Of a stretch of DNA of 64,000 bases, positions 36,109-45,696 are shown in pieces. Positions within the stretch are counted from its first letter, which is position 1. The number at the start of each line of letters is the position of its first letter. The notes beneath the pieces are model-generated. The model did no database searches. It worked only from the letters and a program-made list of their open reading frames with translations, and was not told the origin of the DNA. The stretch lies in the NCBI GenBank assembly GCA_963783305.1, contig CAWAMW010000013.1, positions 69,487-133,486 of the forward strand. Reading direction: 5' to 3'. This DNA comes from an uncultured Gemmatimonadales bacterium. GTDB taxonomy: Bacteria > Gemmatimonadota > Gemmatimonadetes > Longimicrobiales > RSA9. The position numbers and the translations under genes are program-made.

Positions 36109-37170
36109 TTGGACCGATCGTCCGCGGAGCGTCCGCTCGCCGAAGCGCTGCTCGACCATTTCGATGTCCACCGCCGCCCCATGCCATGGCGCGAGACCTC
36201 AGACCCGTACGCCATCTGGGTGAGCGAGGTCATGCTCCAGCAGACGCGGGTCGATACCGTTGTCCCGTACTGGGAGCGGTGGCTGGAGCGGTTCCCCACG
36301 GTCGGGGCGTTGGCGGATGCGGAACTGGACGACGTCCTGAAGCACTGGGAGGGGCTCGGCTACTATTCCCGCGCCCGCAACCTCCACAGCGCCGCGCGCG
36401 TGGTACGGGAGCGCTACGACGGCGCGGTGCCGAGCGAGCCCGAGGAGCTTCGCCGACTGCCCGGCGTGGGCGAGTACACGGCGGGGGCCGTGGCGAGCAT
36501 CGCGTTCGGCGTGCCCGAGCCGGCCGTGGATGGCAACGTCCGCAGAGTCCTTTCCCGGCTCTACGACCTGGAAGCGCCCACCGCCCGCGAGCTTCGGGAT
36601 CTCGCCGCGGCGCTGGTGCCGCAGGACCGGCCGGGCGACTTCAACCAGGCGCTGATGGAGCTGGGCGCCACCGTCTGCTCGCCCCGCAGCCCCGACTGCG
36701 CCCGATGCCCCGTGGCCGACCGGTGCGCCGCTCGCCGCCTGGGCGTGCAGGAGCTGCGGCCGCGACCGGCATCGCGGAAGGCGGTCCCGGTAGAGGCGGT
36801 GCGGACACTGGTGCTCGTGCGGCCCGATGGATCGCTCCTTCTGGTCCGGCGTCCGCTGGACGGACTGCTCGGAGGACTGTGGGAGTTCCCAGCCGTGGCC
36901 GGCCTCGACCATGTTCCCGGAGCCGCGGTGGCGGTCACCGCGGCCGACACCCCCGGTCGCGCCTCGGCGCTGGCCGCGGTGATGCACGCCTTCTCGCACA
37001 AGCGGGTGACCTACGAGCCGGTCCTGATCGGGCTCACGGCAGCGGAATCGGCCGGAGTCGAGGCGTCCGAGACAGTGCGGTGGGCAGCGCCCGACGCCCT
37101 GAGCGACTACGCCCTCCCCGTGGCGCAGCAGAAGATCGCGCGGCTGGTTATGGCGGCCCTCGGCCGCTGA
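36109..37170 (+). CDS. mutY: A/G-specific adenine glycosylase
   Basis: WVSEVMLQQT, GLGYYSRARNL, HhH LPGVGEYTA, VDGNVRRV, C-x6-C-x2-C-x5-C, GLLGGLWEFP. Confidence 0.95.
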   Translation: MDRSSAERPLAEALLDHFDVHRRPMPWRETSDPYAIWVSEVMLQQTRVDTVVPYWERWLERFPTVGALADAELDDVLKHWEGLGYYSRARNLHSAARVVRERYDGAVPSEPEELRRLPGVGEYTAGAVASIAFGVPEPAVDGNVRRVLSRLYDLEAPTARELRDLAAALVPQDRPGDFNQALMELGATVCSPRSPDCARCPVADRCAARRLGVQELRPRPASRKAVPVEAVRTLVLVRPDGSLLLVRRPLDGLLGGLWEFPAVAGLDHVPGAAVAVTAADTPGRASALAAVMHAFSHKRVTYEPVLIGLTAAESAGVEASETVRWAAPDALSDYALPVAQQKIARLVMAALGR

Positions 37171-37256
37171 GCGGACGGCCGTTCCGTGCGGGCGCCGGGC
37201 GGAGCCCGAGAGCGGACGCTTGAGCGCCGGGCGGCGGCGCAGCACATTGCGTCCCC

Positions 37257-38750
37257 ATGAACAGTCCCGATCCTCTGGAGGAGCTGGCCCTCCTCGTCCG
37301 CTCCCGCCACGGCCTGGCTGTCCTCGAGGTCGATGACGAGGATCGTGCCGAGTCGTTGATCCGACACCTGGCCGACCGGCTCGGCGTCCCCTGGTTCCGG
37401 TGGACCCGCACGGGCGGCCTGGTCCGCGACGGCGCCGATGGACCGGTCTACGACACGCAGCAGCCCGCCCGCGCTCTCGCCCACATCCATCACGCCGCCT
37501 TCCCAGCGGTGTACCATCTCCGGGGCCTCGCGCCGTTCCTGTCGGACGCCACGACGGCCGCAGCGCTGGCGGACGCGGTCCGCTCGTACGAGAGCAACGA
37601 CGGAATCCTGATCCTCACCGGTGTCGGCGGCACGGAGCTGCCGGAGGAAGTCCGGAGGCGGGCGGCGACGGTGCGGCTGGCGCCTCCCGTGGACGCCGAC
37701 TACCACCAGCTCCTCGGGCGAATCCTGCGGGATGTGCGCCGGCGCCAGGACGTGGAGGTGACGATCGAGCCGGAGTCGCTGAAGCGGCTGTACGCCAACC
37801 TGCGTGGGCTCACGCTGCTGGAGGCGGAGAAGGTGCTGACGCGGGCCATTGTGGAGGATGGGGCGCTCCGGGCGGAGGACATCCAGCTGGTGCTGGATCA
37901 CAAGCGGCAGGTGGTCGAGCGGGAGGGCCTGCTGGAGTACTATCCCACCGAAGAAGTGATGGCGAACGTGGCCGGGCTGGACACCCTCAAGGGCTGGCTC
38001 GCCCAGCGTCGCTCCATCATCACCGACCCCGACCGCGCTCGCGACTTCGGTCTCGTCTTTCCGAAGGGGCTGCTGCTCGTGGGGGTGCCCGGTTCGGGGA
38101 AGTCGCTGTGCGCCAAGGCCGTCGCGGCGGAGTGGACGCTCCCGCTCCTCAAGCTCGACCCCGCGGGCCTGTACAACAAGTACATCGGTGAGACGGAAAA
38201 GAACTTCCGCCGGGCCATGGCCACGGCGGAGGAGATGGCGCCCGTCGTGCTCTGGATCGATGAGATCGAGAAGGCGTTCGCCGAGGGGGGCGCGGAGGAC
38301 GGGGGCGTCTCGACGCGCGTGCTGGGCACCTTCCTGTCGTGGCTCCAGGACCGCACCGGCGATGTGTTCGTGGTCGCCACCGCGAACGACGTGGAGAAGC
38401 TTCCGCCCGAGCTGCTCCGGAAGGGCCGCTTCGACGAGATCTTCTTCGTCGACCTCCCGGACCGCGATGCCCGGAGCGAGATCTTCCGGATCCACCTGGC
38501 GCGCCGGAAACAGCCCACCCACCGGTTCGACCTGGAACGCCTGGCCCGGGCCGCGGATGGCTTCAGCGGCGCAGAGATCGAGCAGGTGGTCATGAGCGCC
38601 CTGTACGCCGCGTTCGCCGATGGAGGCACGGTCGATGACGGCCGGCTCCTCGTCGAGATCGAGGGCACTTCGCCGCTGTCCACAGTCGCGGCGGAGCGCG
38701 TCGCCCGGCTCAGGGCGTGGGCGGACGGTCGGACCGTCCGGGCGAATTGA
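37257..38750 (+). CDS. AAA+ ATPase (Ycf46-like)
   Basis: GVPGSGKS, LWIDEIEK, TAN..LPPELLRKGRFDE, GFSGAEIE; degenerate N-terminal domain. Confidence 0.9.
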   Translation: MNSPDPLEELALLVRSRHGLAVLEVDDEDRAESLIRHLADRLGVPWFRWTRTGGLVRDGADGPVYDTQQPARALAHIHHAAFPAVYHLRGLAPFLSDATTAAALADAVRSYESNDGILILTGVGGTELPEEVRRRAATVRLAPPVDADYHQLLGRILRDVRRRQDVEVTIEPESLKRLYANLRGLTLLEAEKVLTRAIVEDGALRAEDIQLVLDHKRQVVEREGLLEYYPTEEVMANVAGLDTLKGWLAQRRSIITDPDRARDFGLVFPKGLLLVGVPGSGKSLCAKAVAAEWTLPLLKLDPAGLYNKYIGETEKNFRRAMATAEEMAPVVLWIDEIEKAFAEGGAEDGGVSTRVLGTFLSWLQDRTGDVFVVATANDVEKLPPELLRKGRFDEIFFVDLPDRDARSEIFRIHLARRKQPTHRFDLERLARAADGFSGAEIEQVVMSALYAAFADGGTVDDGRLLVEIEGTSPLSTVAAERVARLRAWADGRTVRAN

Positions 38751-38956
38751 TCGGGAGGCCCGGCTGGAGCCCGAGAGGGCACCATTCTGGGCGGTAGGGA
38801 ATCTTCCCACCAGCATTTCAGCGTCCTCCCTACTGCATCCGGACCCCCGAAACGCCATTGTTGTCCTCGGAATGGGGTCCGCGGCGCGCGGGTAGGGGCT
38901 TCGCCGGAGAGTCGCCGTCGGGCCCTGTTCCTTTTTTTAATCAGGAGGGTCGGGAG

Positions 38957-39955
38957 GTGACCATTCCCAGATCGGTCCTCGTACCTGTCGACGGCTCCAA
39001 CTTCGCCGAGCACGCCCTTCCGTACGCCCTCGGTATCGCCCGCCGCACCGGCTCCACGCTGCACCTCGCCCTCGTCCATGTTCCCGCAGAATCGGTCTCT
39101 CCGACGTACCCTCTGAGCAAGGCGCTCCAGGCGCACTACAGCGAGCAGCGGGACCAGGAGGCGGAATATCTCCAGCGTCTGGTCGGTCGGCTCGAGCGCT
39201 CCGGCGTACCGCTGCATCCCGTGCTGCTCAGAGGAAGGGTGTTTAACGCTCTGAGCGACTATGTGGAGAGCGCGGACATCGATCTCATCGTCATGACGAC
39301 CCACGGGCGGGGCGGCTTCCAGCGCACGTGGCTGGGCAGTACCGCCGACAGTCTGATCCGCCACGTCATGGTTCCGCTCCTGCTGCTCCGACCCTCCGAG
39401 GCCACCCGCGACATCGGCCCCGACAGCGACCGCACCGTGCGGCACGCGGTGGTCGCCCTCGATGGGAGCGGGACCGCCGAGACGGCGCTGCACGACGCGC
39501 TGGAGCTGGGTATCACCCGCGACGCGAGCATGACGCTGCTCCACGTGCTCCAGCCGACCGGGGCGATGACGGCGCCTTACCTGCCGCAGGGCATTCACAT
39601 CGGCCCGGACGAGCTCGAGGAGCGGAAGTCGCACATGCTGGAGTACCTCAACCGTATGGCGGAGTCAGCGGCGCTGCACCAGCGCGGATGCGAGACACGG
39701 GTCGCGCTGGACTACCATCCCGCGCCCGCGGTCCTGGAGCTCGCGGAAGAGAAGGACGCGGATCTCATTGTTCTGGGAACCCACGGGCGGAGCGGCCTCC
39801 GCAGACTCATCCTGGGCAGCGTGGCCGACAAGGTGATCCGGGGCACCCACCGGCCAGTGCTGGTGCATCGGGGAGTGGGTCGCATTGCGCACCTGGTGCA
39901 CCTGGTAGACCGACCGCACAACTCCGAGCAGGCCGGCTCCAGCCCGCGCCCGTAG
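38957..39955 (+). CDS. universal stress protein with tandem Usp domains
   Basis: VLVPVDGS..DLIVMTTHGRGG..LGSTAD and VVALDGS..DLIVLGTHGRSG..LGSVAD; GGGAG-like SD before the GTG. Confidence 0.93.
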   Translation: MTIPRSVLVPVDGSNFAEHALPYALGIARRTGSTLHLALVHVPAESVSPTYPLSKALQAHYSEQRDQEAEYLQRLVGRLERSGVPLHPVLLRGRVFNALSDYVESADIDLIVMTTHGRGGFQRTWLGSTADSLIRHVMVPLLLLRPSEATRDIGPDSDRTVRHAVVALDGSGTAETALHDALELGITRDASMTLLHVLQPTGAMTAPYLPQGIHIGPDELEERKSHMLEYLNRMAESAALHQRGCETRVALDYHPAPAVLELAEEKDADLIVLGTHGRSGLRRLILGSVADKVIRGTHRPVLVHRGVGRIAHLVHLVDRPHNSEQAGSSPRP

Positions 39956-40028
39956 CTCGCTCGCGCCGGGCGGCTTCGCACGCCGAGCGACCCGCAGAAC
40001 CCGGTCGGTCCTGGCGGGTAGTGAGCGT

Positions 40029-40724
40029 ATGACTTCCACGACGCATGCCGCCGCCGTCACCGCCGTCCTGTTCGACCTGGACGGGACTCTGATCAACACC
40101 AAGTCCCTCTATCTCGAGGCCTACCGTCGCGCGGTTGCGCCGTACGTCCGCGACGACATGAGTCACGAGGACATCAAGGCGCTCCGCCCCACCTCGGAGC
40201 TCGCCTTTCTCCGCGCGCTGGTCCACGACCACGACTTCGACGCGTGCCTCGCCGATTTCTACCGCGCCTACGAGGCCCTCCACGCCGAGAGCTTCCACGG
40301 CGTGTACGACGGCGTGCCGGAGCTGCTCGGCGCTCTTCGCGACGCCGGCATCCCCCTGGGCCTGGTGACCGGCAAGAGCCGCCGGTCGTGGGAGATCACT
40401 CGTGCCGTCGTCGAGTCGATCGAGCCGTTCGACGCCCTCGTCTTCGACGACGACGTGCGCGCGCCGAAGCCCGACCCGCACGGGCTCGAGCTGGCCGTCG
40501 AGGCGCTCGGCGTGGCGCCCTCGGACACCGCGTACGTCGGCGACACCCTCAGCGACATGGAGGCCGCGCACGCCGCCGGGCTCCGGCCGGTGGCCGCCCT
40601 CTGGGCCTTCGACGACGAGGAGCGGCGCGCGCTGCATCTGGAGCGGATCCGCTCGGTCCAGGCGATCGCCATCGAGCACCCCTCCGAGCTGCTGCGGCAG
40701 GTGGGGCTCGCGCCGGCGCGATAG
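40029..40724 (+). CDS. HAD-superfamily hydrolase (PpaX/Gph-like)
   Basis: FDLDGTL, VTGK, KPDP, YVGDTLSD. Confidence 0.92.
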   Translation: MTSTTHAAAVTAVLFDLDGTLINTKSLYLEAYRRAVAPYVRDDMSHEDIKALRPTSELAFLRALVHDHDFDACLADFYRAYEALHAESFHGVYDGVPELLGALRDAGIPLGLVTGKSRRSWEITRAVVESIEPFDALVFDDDVRAPKPDPHGLELAVEALGVAPSDTAYVGDTLSDMEAAHAAGLRPVAALWAFDDEERRALHLERIRSVQAIAIEHPSELLRQVGLAPAR

Positions 40725-40852
40725 GCCGGCGATGGAGCGGGCGCGGCCCCACACGCGGAGTTCAGGGATCCCCGACACCGCTCCGCCGGCGGTGGCAGTA
40801 CAATGAAAACAGGGCAGGCAGGGACCAGGAACAACCTCGAAGGGAGCGGCAA

Positions 40853-41107
40853 ATGGGATTCGGCGGACTGGGTGGCATGGAGCTCGGGCTGATCATGCTC
40901 GTTCTGATGCTGGTCTTTGGTGCCAAGAGACTGCCGGAGCTGGGCAGGGGCCTGGGTCGAGGCATCCGGGAATTCAAGGACTCCGTGAGCGGGATCACCG
41001 CCGAGTTGGACGAACTCGACCGCGTCTCGCCCGTGGCCTCGGAGTCGCCAAGGCTCCAGACCGGCGCCCATGAGCCGGGAGCAGAGCGCGGCGCTCCTCA
41101 GGACTAG
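40853..41107 (+). CDS. tatA: twin-arginine translocase subunit TatA/E
   Basis: GGMELGLIMLVLMLVFGAKRLPELGRGLGRGIREFK. Confidence 0.92.
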   Translation: MGFGGLGGMELGLIMLVLMLVFGAKRLPELGRGLGRGIREFKDSVSGITAELDELDRVSPVASESPRLQTGAHEPGAERGAPQD

Positions 41108-41227
41108 CAGGTCACTGAAAACGTGCGGGCAGGGAGCGAACGGTCGCGTGCGCTCCCTGTCGACCGCCTCGCTGCGCTCGCTGGTCGAGCGCTTCGGCCT
41201 GCGGCCTCGCGGTGGCCTCGCGCGAAG

Positions 41228-41280
41228 CGCGGGCGATCGACCCCCGCTCCAGCGGGTCCCGAAGGGATCGACCCTCGACC
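41228..41280 (-). repeat. dispersed REP-like repeat, copy 3 (inverted)
   Basis: Minus strand GGTCGAGGGTCGATCCCTTCGGGACCCGCTGGAGCGGGGGTCGATCGCCCGCG; lies between convergent tatA and the App1 gene, next to other short hairpins (41160-41230). Confidence 0.8.
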
Positions 41281-41308
41281 CGAGCTATGATCTCTGCCCG
41301 GTCACGCG

Positions 41309-42439
41309 CTATGCGCCCTGCTCCGCCGCCACCATCGCCTCCCGCACCTCCGAGATCGCGTCCTCCGGGATCAGGTCGAAATCGGCCGCGGCCCGGGCCA
41401 GCGACACACTGCTCTCGGCCGCCGCGGCCGCGACCCCGTGTTCGGCGATCTCCTGGATGATCCGCCGCACCTCGCTGTCCCTTTCGGGCGGGGTAACCGC
41501 GCGGATCAGGACGGCCCGGACCCGCTCCTTGCCGTGCTCCTTCACCAGGTCCAGGTAGGTCTCCGGGTCCGTCTGGCCGCTGTCCCCCATCAGGACGAAC
41601 GGGAGCTCGGGGTAGTCGTCGAAGAGCCCGGCGATCACGTCTCGCTTGTGGTGCTCCGATCCGATCTCCAGCGATTTGCGTTCGATGATGGCGATGTCCT
41701 GGAGGTAGAGCGGACCCCTGGGCAGGTCGTGGGCGTCCAGGAACGCACGGATCAGCTCATACAGGCCCCACCCGCTCTGTGACACGTAGAAGAAGGGGTT
41801 GCTGCCCTTCCGGTCGGGTCCGCCCTCCAGCATCCGGTAGAACGGCGCGGCGCCGGGCATGGGGGAACGGTCACGAGCGGTCTTCGAGAAGATCAGCCGA
41901 AGCTTCGTCGACAGGTCACTGGCCCGGGTCTCCAGGACGGTGTCGTCGATGTCGCTGATGATGGCGTACTCGGCGTCTTGCGGCGGGATCAGCACCTCGG
42001 CTCTGGACGTCAGCCCGGCTCCCCCCGCCAGCGAATCCAGGAGCTCCACTTCCACCTCGATCCAGCCGGGCCCGAACGACTCCTCGGTCTCGAGGACGAG
42101 TCGGAAGAAGCCCTCGTTGTCCGTGCGACCTTCCGCCATGGCGGTCTCCCCATAGCGCGCGATGAGCGGCGCGTCGGGGATCTCATCACTCTCGAATCGC
42201 TGGATGGTGTCATAGACGTTCTCGATCACGCCGGCGTCCTCGGAGGGGTCGCCCGCCCCCTTCTCCTCGATGAGCCGGCCGATCACATGGATCTTGCCGT
42301 TCCCGCCATGGCTGAGGTAGACCTGAAGGACCAGCGGGTCGAACGTGTCCAGACGGCGCTTCAGCTCTCGTTTCGCGTCGTCCCAGTGCTTCTGTCCGCG
42401 TTCGGCGATGCGCCAGAACGTCCCACTCCTCTCCGACAT
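41309..42439 (-). CDS. App1-family phosphatidate phosphatase-like protein (DUF2183)
   Basis: IISDIDDTV, FFYVSQS.W, LPRGPL.L, FVLMGDSGQTDPETY. Confidence 0.88.
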   Translation of the reverse strand: MSERSGTFWRIAERGQKHWDDAKRELKRRLDTFDPLVLQVYLSHGGNGKIHVIGRLIEEKGAGDPSEDAGVIENVYDTIQRFESDEIPDAPLIARYGETAMAEGRTDNEGFFRLVLETEESFGPGWIEVEVELLDSLAGGAGLTSRAEVLIPPQDAEYAIISDIDDTVLETRASDLSTKLRLIFSKTARDRSPMPGAAPFYRMLEGGPDRKGSNPFFYVSQSGWGLYELIRAFLDAHDLPRGPLYLQDIAIIERKSLEIGSEHHKRDVIAGLFDDYPELPFVLMGDSGQTDPETYLDLVKEHGKERVRAVLIRAVTPPERDSEVRRIIQEIAEHGVAAAAAESSVSLARAAADFDLIPEDAISEVREAMVAAEQGA

Positions 42440-42558
42440 GCTTCCTCGCGCCCGCACGAGTCGTTCCTCCCCCTGACAGCTGCCTCCCTTCGATCCGTGT
42501 CCGAATTGGCTGCTCCGGGTCGACCCTGTCACACCCTCGGGTTACCTTAGCGGCCGAC

Positions 42559-45500
42559 ATGGAAAGCACTCCCACCCCCGCGGTCCTCCGGGACCTGAAA
42601 GCCGCCACCGCCCGCGATCCGGTGGACCGAAAGCTTCTCGTCTGCGCGAGCATGGGTGAGGGCCGGGAACTCCTGCGCGCACTGGCGGCGCGCAGGTCGT
42701 GGATCGGTTGGGAGGTCACCACTCTGCGCAGGCTCGCCGCGCAGCGGGTCGTGCCGGAGCTCATGGCCGAGGGGCTCTCCATGGCCGACGCGTACGAGGA
42801 GCAGGCGGCGGTGGACACCGCCCTGGACGCGGCGCTGGAGCGTCCGGATCTCGCGATCCTCCATGAGCTCGGGGAGGCGCCGGGCTTCCGCCAGGCCGTA
42901 GTGAACGCGGTCGAGGCGCTTCGGCTGGCCGACGTGGCCCCCGACCGGCTGCTCCGCAGCCGCGCATCGAACCCGGCCGTGCGGGATCTGCTCGCCGCCG
43001 TTCTCCAGGGCTACCGGGACGCCCTCACCGAAGCGGGCCGCATCGACACCGCCGACGTGATGCGCCGGGCGGTCCGTACACTGGATGCCGCTGGCGCCCC
43101 TCGGATCGACCCGTCCCGCACCTTCCTCGCGCCCGGGCTGTCCCTCAGCGGCTCGGCCGGCCGCCTCGCCCGTGCCCTGCTGGATATGGGGGCCACGGCG
43201 CTCCGGTCCGATCCCGTGGAGGGTGTGGATACCCCGCCGGTGGTGTGGAGCCCGTCACCGGACGAGGCCCCGCTCTCGGGGCTGCTCGCCGGCCGGGTCT
43301 CCGGCGGCCCTCCTCCCGGCGGGCCGGACGGGGAGCCGGTCTCGCTCGGGTTGGACCTGTTCGCTGCTTCCGGCCCGGCCGAGGAGATCCGGGAGGTGCT
43401 CCGACGCGTGATGGCGGCGGGGCTGCGCTGGGACGAAGTGGAGATCGTCGCCACCGATCCCGTGGTCTATGGCGGCGCGCTGCACGCCGTGGCCGAACGC
43501 CTGGACATCCCGGTCAGCTATGCCGTGGGCCTGCCGGTGGATCGGACGCGGACCGGTCGGGCCGCCGCGGCCTGGTTTCGGTGGATCCAGGGCGGGTACC
43601 CCGCCGATGTCATCCGGCGGCTCCTGGAGTCCGGGGACCTGCGGGCGCCGGATGGTCTCGCATCGGAGCGACTCGGGAGACGGTTGAGATCGCTGCGGAT
43701 CGGCTGGGGCTCGCACCGCTACCTCCCCGCGATCGACCGCGCCCTGGAAGCGCTGGAAGGGCCGCCCCGGCCGCGGCGGAAGGAGAGCGAGGAGGAGGCG
43801 GCCGACCGGGAGGAGCGGGAGCGGCGGGAGCTGCGCTCTCTCCGATCGCTCATCGAGCCCGTGCTGGCGGCCACGCCGCGCCTGGACTCGGGCGACCCCC
43901 AGCTGCGCTGCTCGCCCGCCGAGCTCGCGGCCGGTCTGCGCGTGTTTCTCGATCGTGTCGCGCCGTCGGACGCTCCGTCCGCCACCGCCCGTGAGAAGCT
44001 CATGGGCATCACCGGCCGGGTGGCGGCGACGCTGCATCGGTCCACGCACCCACCCGCCGCCATCGCGCTCCTCCAGCGGCACCTGGAGATCAGGGTGCCC
44101 GCTCCCCAGCGGGAAGGCTCGGCGCCATGGATCTCGGCAGGGGGGCACCTCCACCTTTCCGACCTGAGCCACGGCGGCTACGCGGCTCGCCCGGCCACGT
44201 TCGTCGTGGGGCTGGATGCGGAACGCTTCCCCGGGGCCGGGCTCCAGGACCCGCTCCTCCTGGACTCGCAGCGTCGGGCGCTGGACGCCGAGGCGCTCCC
44301 CACGTCGGCCGACCGGCTCCTGGCCGCCCGCTTCCGCATGGCGGCCTGCCTGGCCCGCCTGCGTGGACCCGTGACCCTCAGCTACAGCGCGTGGGACCCC
44401 ACTGAGGCGCGGGAAGTGGCGCCCTCCTCCGTCATGCTGCAGGCATTCCGCGCCGCGGCCGGCCGGCCGGACGCCTCCTTCGAGGACCTCCGGGATGGGA
44501 TCGGCGCCGCGGCGTCCGCCATCCCCCGCACCGCCGCCATCGACGCGGCCGATGTCTGGCTCCACGCGCTCGACCACGGCGGTGTTCTGGCCGATGGCAC
44601 CGACGCGGTTCGCCGGAGCTACCACCGACTCGATGCCGGCCTCCGCGCCGCCAACGATCTGGCCGGGGACCGGGCCACACCGCACCACGGCCTCATCGCG
44701 CCCCGGCCGGAGCTGGACCCCCGGGACAATCCGGAGACGATCCTCTCCGCCAGCGGGCTCGAGGACCTGGGCACCTGCGCCCGTCGCTACTTCTACAAGT
44801 ACGCGCTGGGAATCCGTACGCCCGACGACCCGGAGCCCGACCCGGATATCTGGCTCGACGCCCTGAACCGCGGCCGGCTGCTGCATGCCGTGTATGACAC
44901 GTCGCTGAAGCGGGCTCGGGCCGCCGGTGTCCATGCCGGGGACGAGGACTTCATCGAGTTGGCGCTGCGGGCGCTGGACACGGAGGCGGCGGTGATCGCC
45001 CGTGAGGTTCCGCCCCCGGGCGAGGCGGTCCGGGCCCGGGAGATGGCGGCCTTGCGCGCGGACGTCCGCTCTTTTGCCGAGATGGTTGCGGGGGGCGACG
45101 ATGCCTGGGAGGCGCTGGAGCTCCAGTTCGGGTTCCGCGGCGAGCCCGCGGCGGCGCTGGAGCTCAAGGGTGGAACCGTGCGGCTCAGGGGCGCCATCGA
45201 CCGTGTGGACCGGACGGGCGATCAGCTCACGGTCATCGACTACAAGACGGGCGGCTCCGGGCGGTACGAGCGGAGGCACGGCACCTTCAACGGCGGCCGC
45301 CGCCTGCAGAACGCGGTGTATGCGGCGGTGGCGGAGTCGCTCCTGGGCGGCGCGGTGCGGAGGATGGAGTACCACTTCCCCACCCGGAAGGGCCAGAACG
45401 AAGTCATCGGATACGACCGGAGCGAGCTGCGGCGCGGCCTCGGTCTGATCGACCGGCTGCTCGAGGCCGTGGCCGCGGGTCGCTTCCTCCCCACCGAGGA

Positions 45501-45696
45501 GGGCAGCGACTGCCGTTTCTGCGATTACGCCCCCATCTGCCGGCACACTTCCGACGGCTGGCGCTCGGAGACGCCGCTCGCCGACTGGGCGGCCGAGCAT
45601 TTCGAGACGCTCCCCGAGTACCGCGAGCGTCGGGAGGCCCGCGTCTGGGAGCAGACGTTCCTCGACGAGCTGGAGGACCGTGGCGAAGCGAGCTGA
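42559..45696 (+). CDS. AddB-like inactive-helicase/PD-(D/E)XK nuclease subunit
   Basis: SASGLEDLGTC..RYF, RGRLLH, GAIDRVD..VIDYKTG..LQ..VY, CRFCDYAPIC (4-Cys Fe-S staple). Confidence 0.88.
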   Translation: MESTPTPAVLRDLKAATARDPVDRKLLVCASMGEGRELLRALAARRSWIGWEVTTLRRLAAQRVVPELMAEGLSMADAYEEQAAVDTALDAALERPDLAILHELGEAPGFRQAVVNAVEALRLADVAPDRLLRSRASNPAVRDLLAAVLQGYRDALTEAGRIDTADVMRRAVRTLDAAGAPRIDPSRTFLAPGLSLSGSAGRLARALLDMGATALRSDPVEGVDTPPVVWSPSPDEAPLSGLLAGRVSGGPPPGGPDGEPVSLGLDLFAASGPAEEIREVLRRVMAAGLRWDEVEIVATDPVVYGGALHAVAERLDIPVSYAVGLPVDRTRTGRAAAAWFRWIQGGYPADVIRRLLESGDLRAPDGLASERLGRRLRSLRIGWGSHRYLPAIDRALEALEGPPRPRRKESEEEAADREERERRELRSLRSLIEPVLAATPRLDSGDPQLRCSPAELAAGLRVFLDRVAPSDAPSATAREKLMGITGRVAATLHRSTHPPAAIALLQRHLEIRVPAPQREGSAPWISAGGHLHLSDLSHGGYAARPATFVVGLDAERFPGAGLQDPLLLDSQRRALDAEALPTSADRLLAARFRMAACLARLRGPVTLSYSAWDPTEAREVAPSSVMLQAFRAAAGRPDASFEDLRDGIGAAASAIPRTAAIDAADVWLHALDHGGVLADGTDAVRRSYHRLDAGLRAANDLAGDRATPHHGLIAPRPELDPRDNPETILSASGLEDLGTCARRYFYKYALGIRTPDDPEPDPDIWLDALNRGRLLHAVYDTSLKRARAAGVHAGDEDFIELALRALDTEAAVIAREVPPPGEAVRAREMAALRADVRSFAEMVAGGDDAWEALELQFGFRGEPAAALELKGGTVRLRGAIDRVDRTGDQLTVIDYKTGGSGRYERRHGTFNGGRRLQNAVYAAVAESLLGGAVRRMEYHFPTRKGQNEVIGYDRSELRRGLGLIDRLLEAVAAGRFLPTEEGSDCRFCDYAPICRHTSDGWRSETPLADWAAEHFETLPEYRERREARVWEQTFLDELEDRGEAS

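Noticed and set aside
1445-41280. Repeat copies as a CRISPR array or self-cleaving ribozyme
   Set aside because: Copies are kilobases apart with no spacers or cas genes, and I could not find hammerhead (CUGAnGA/GAAA) or HDV-type cores.
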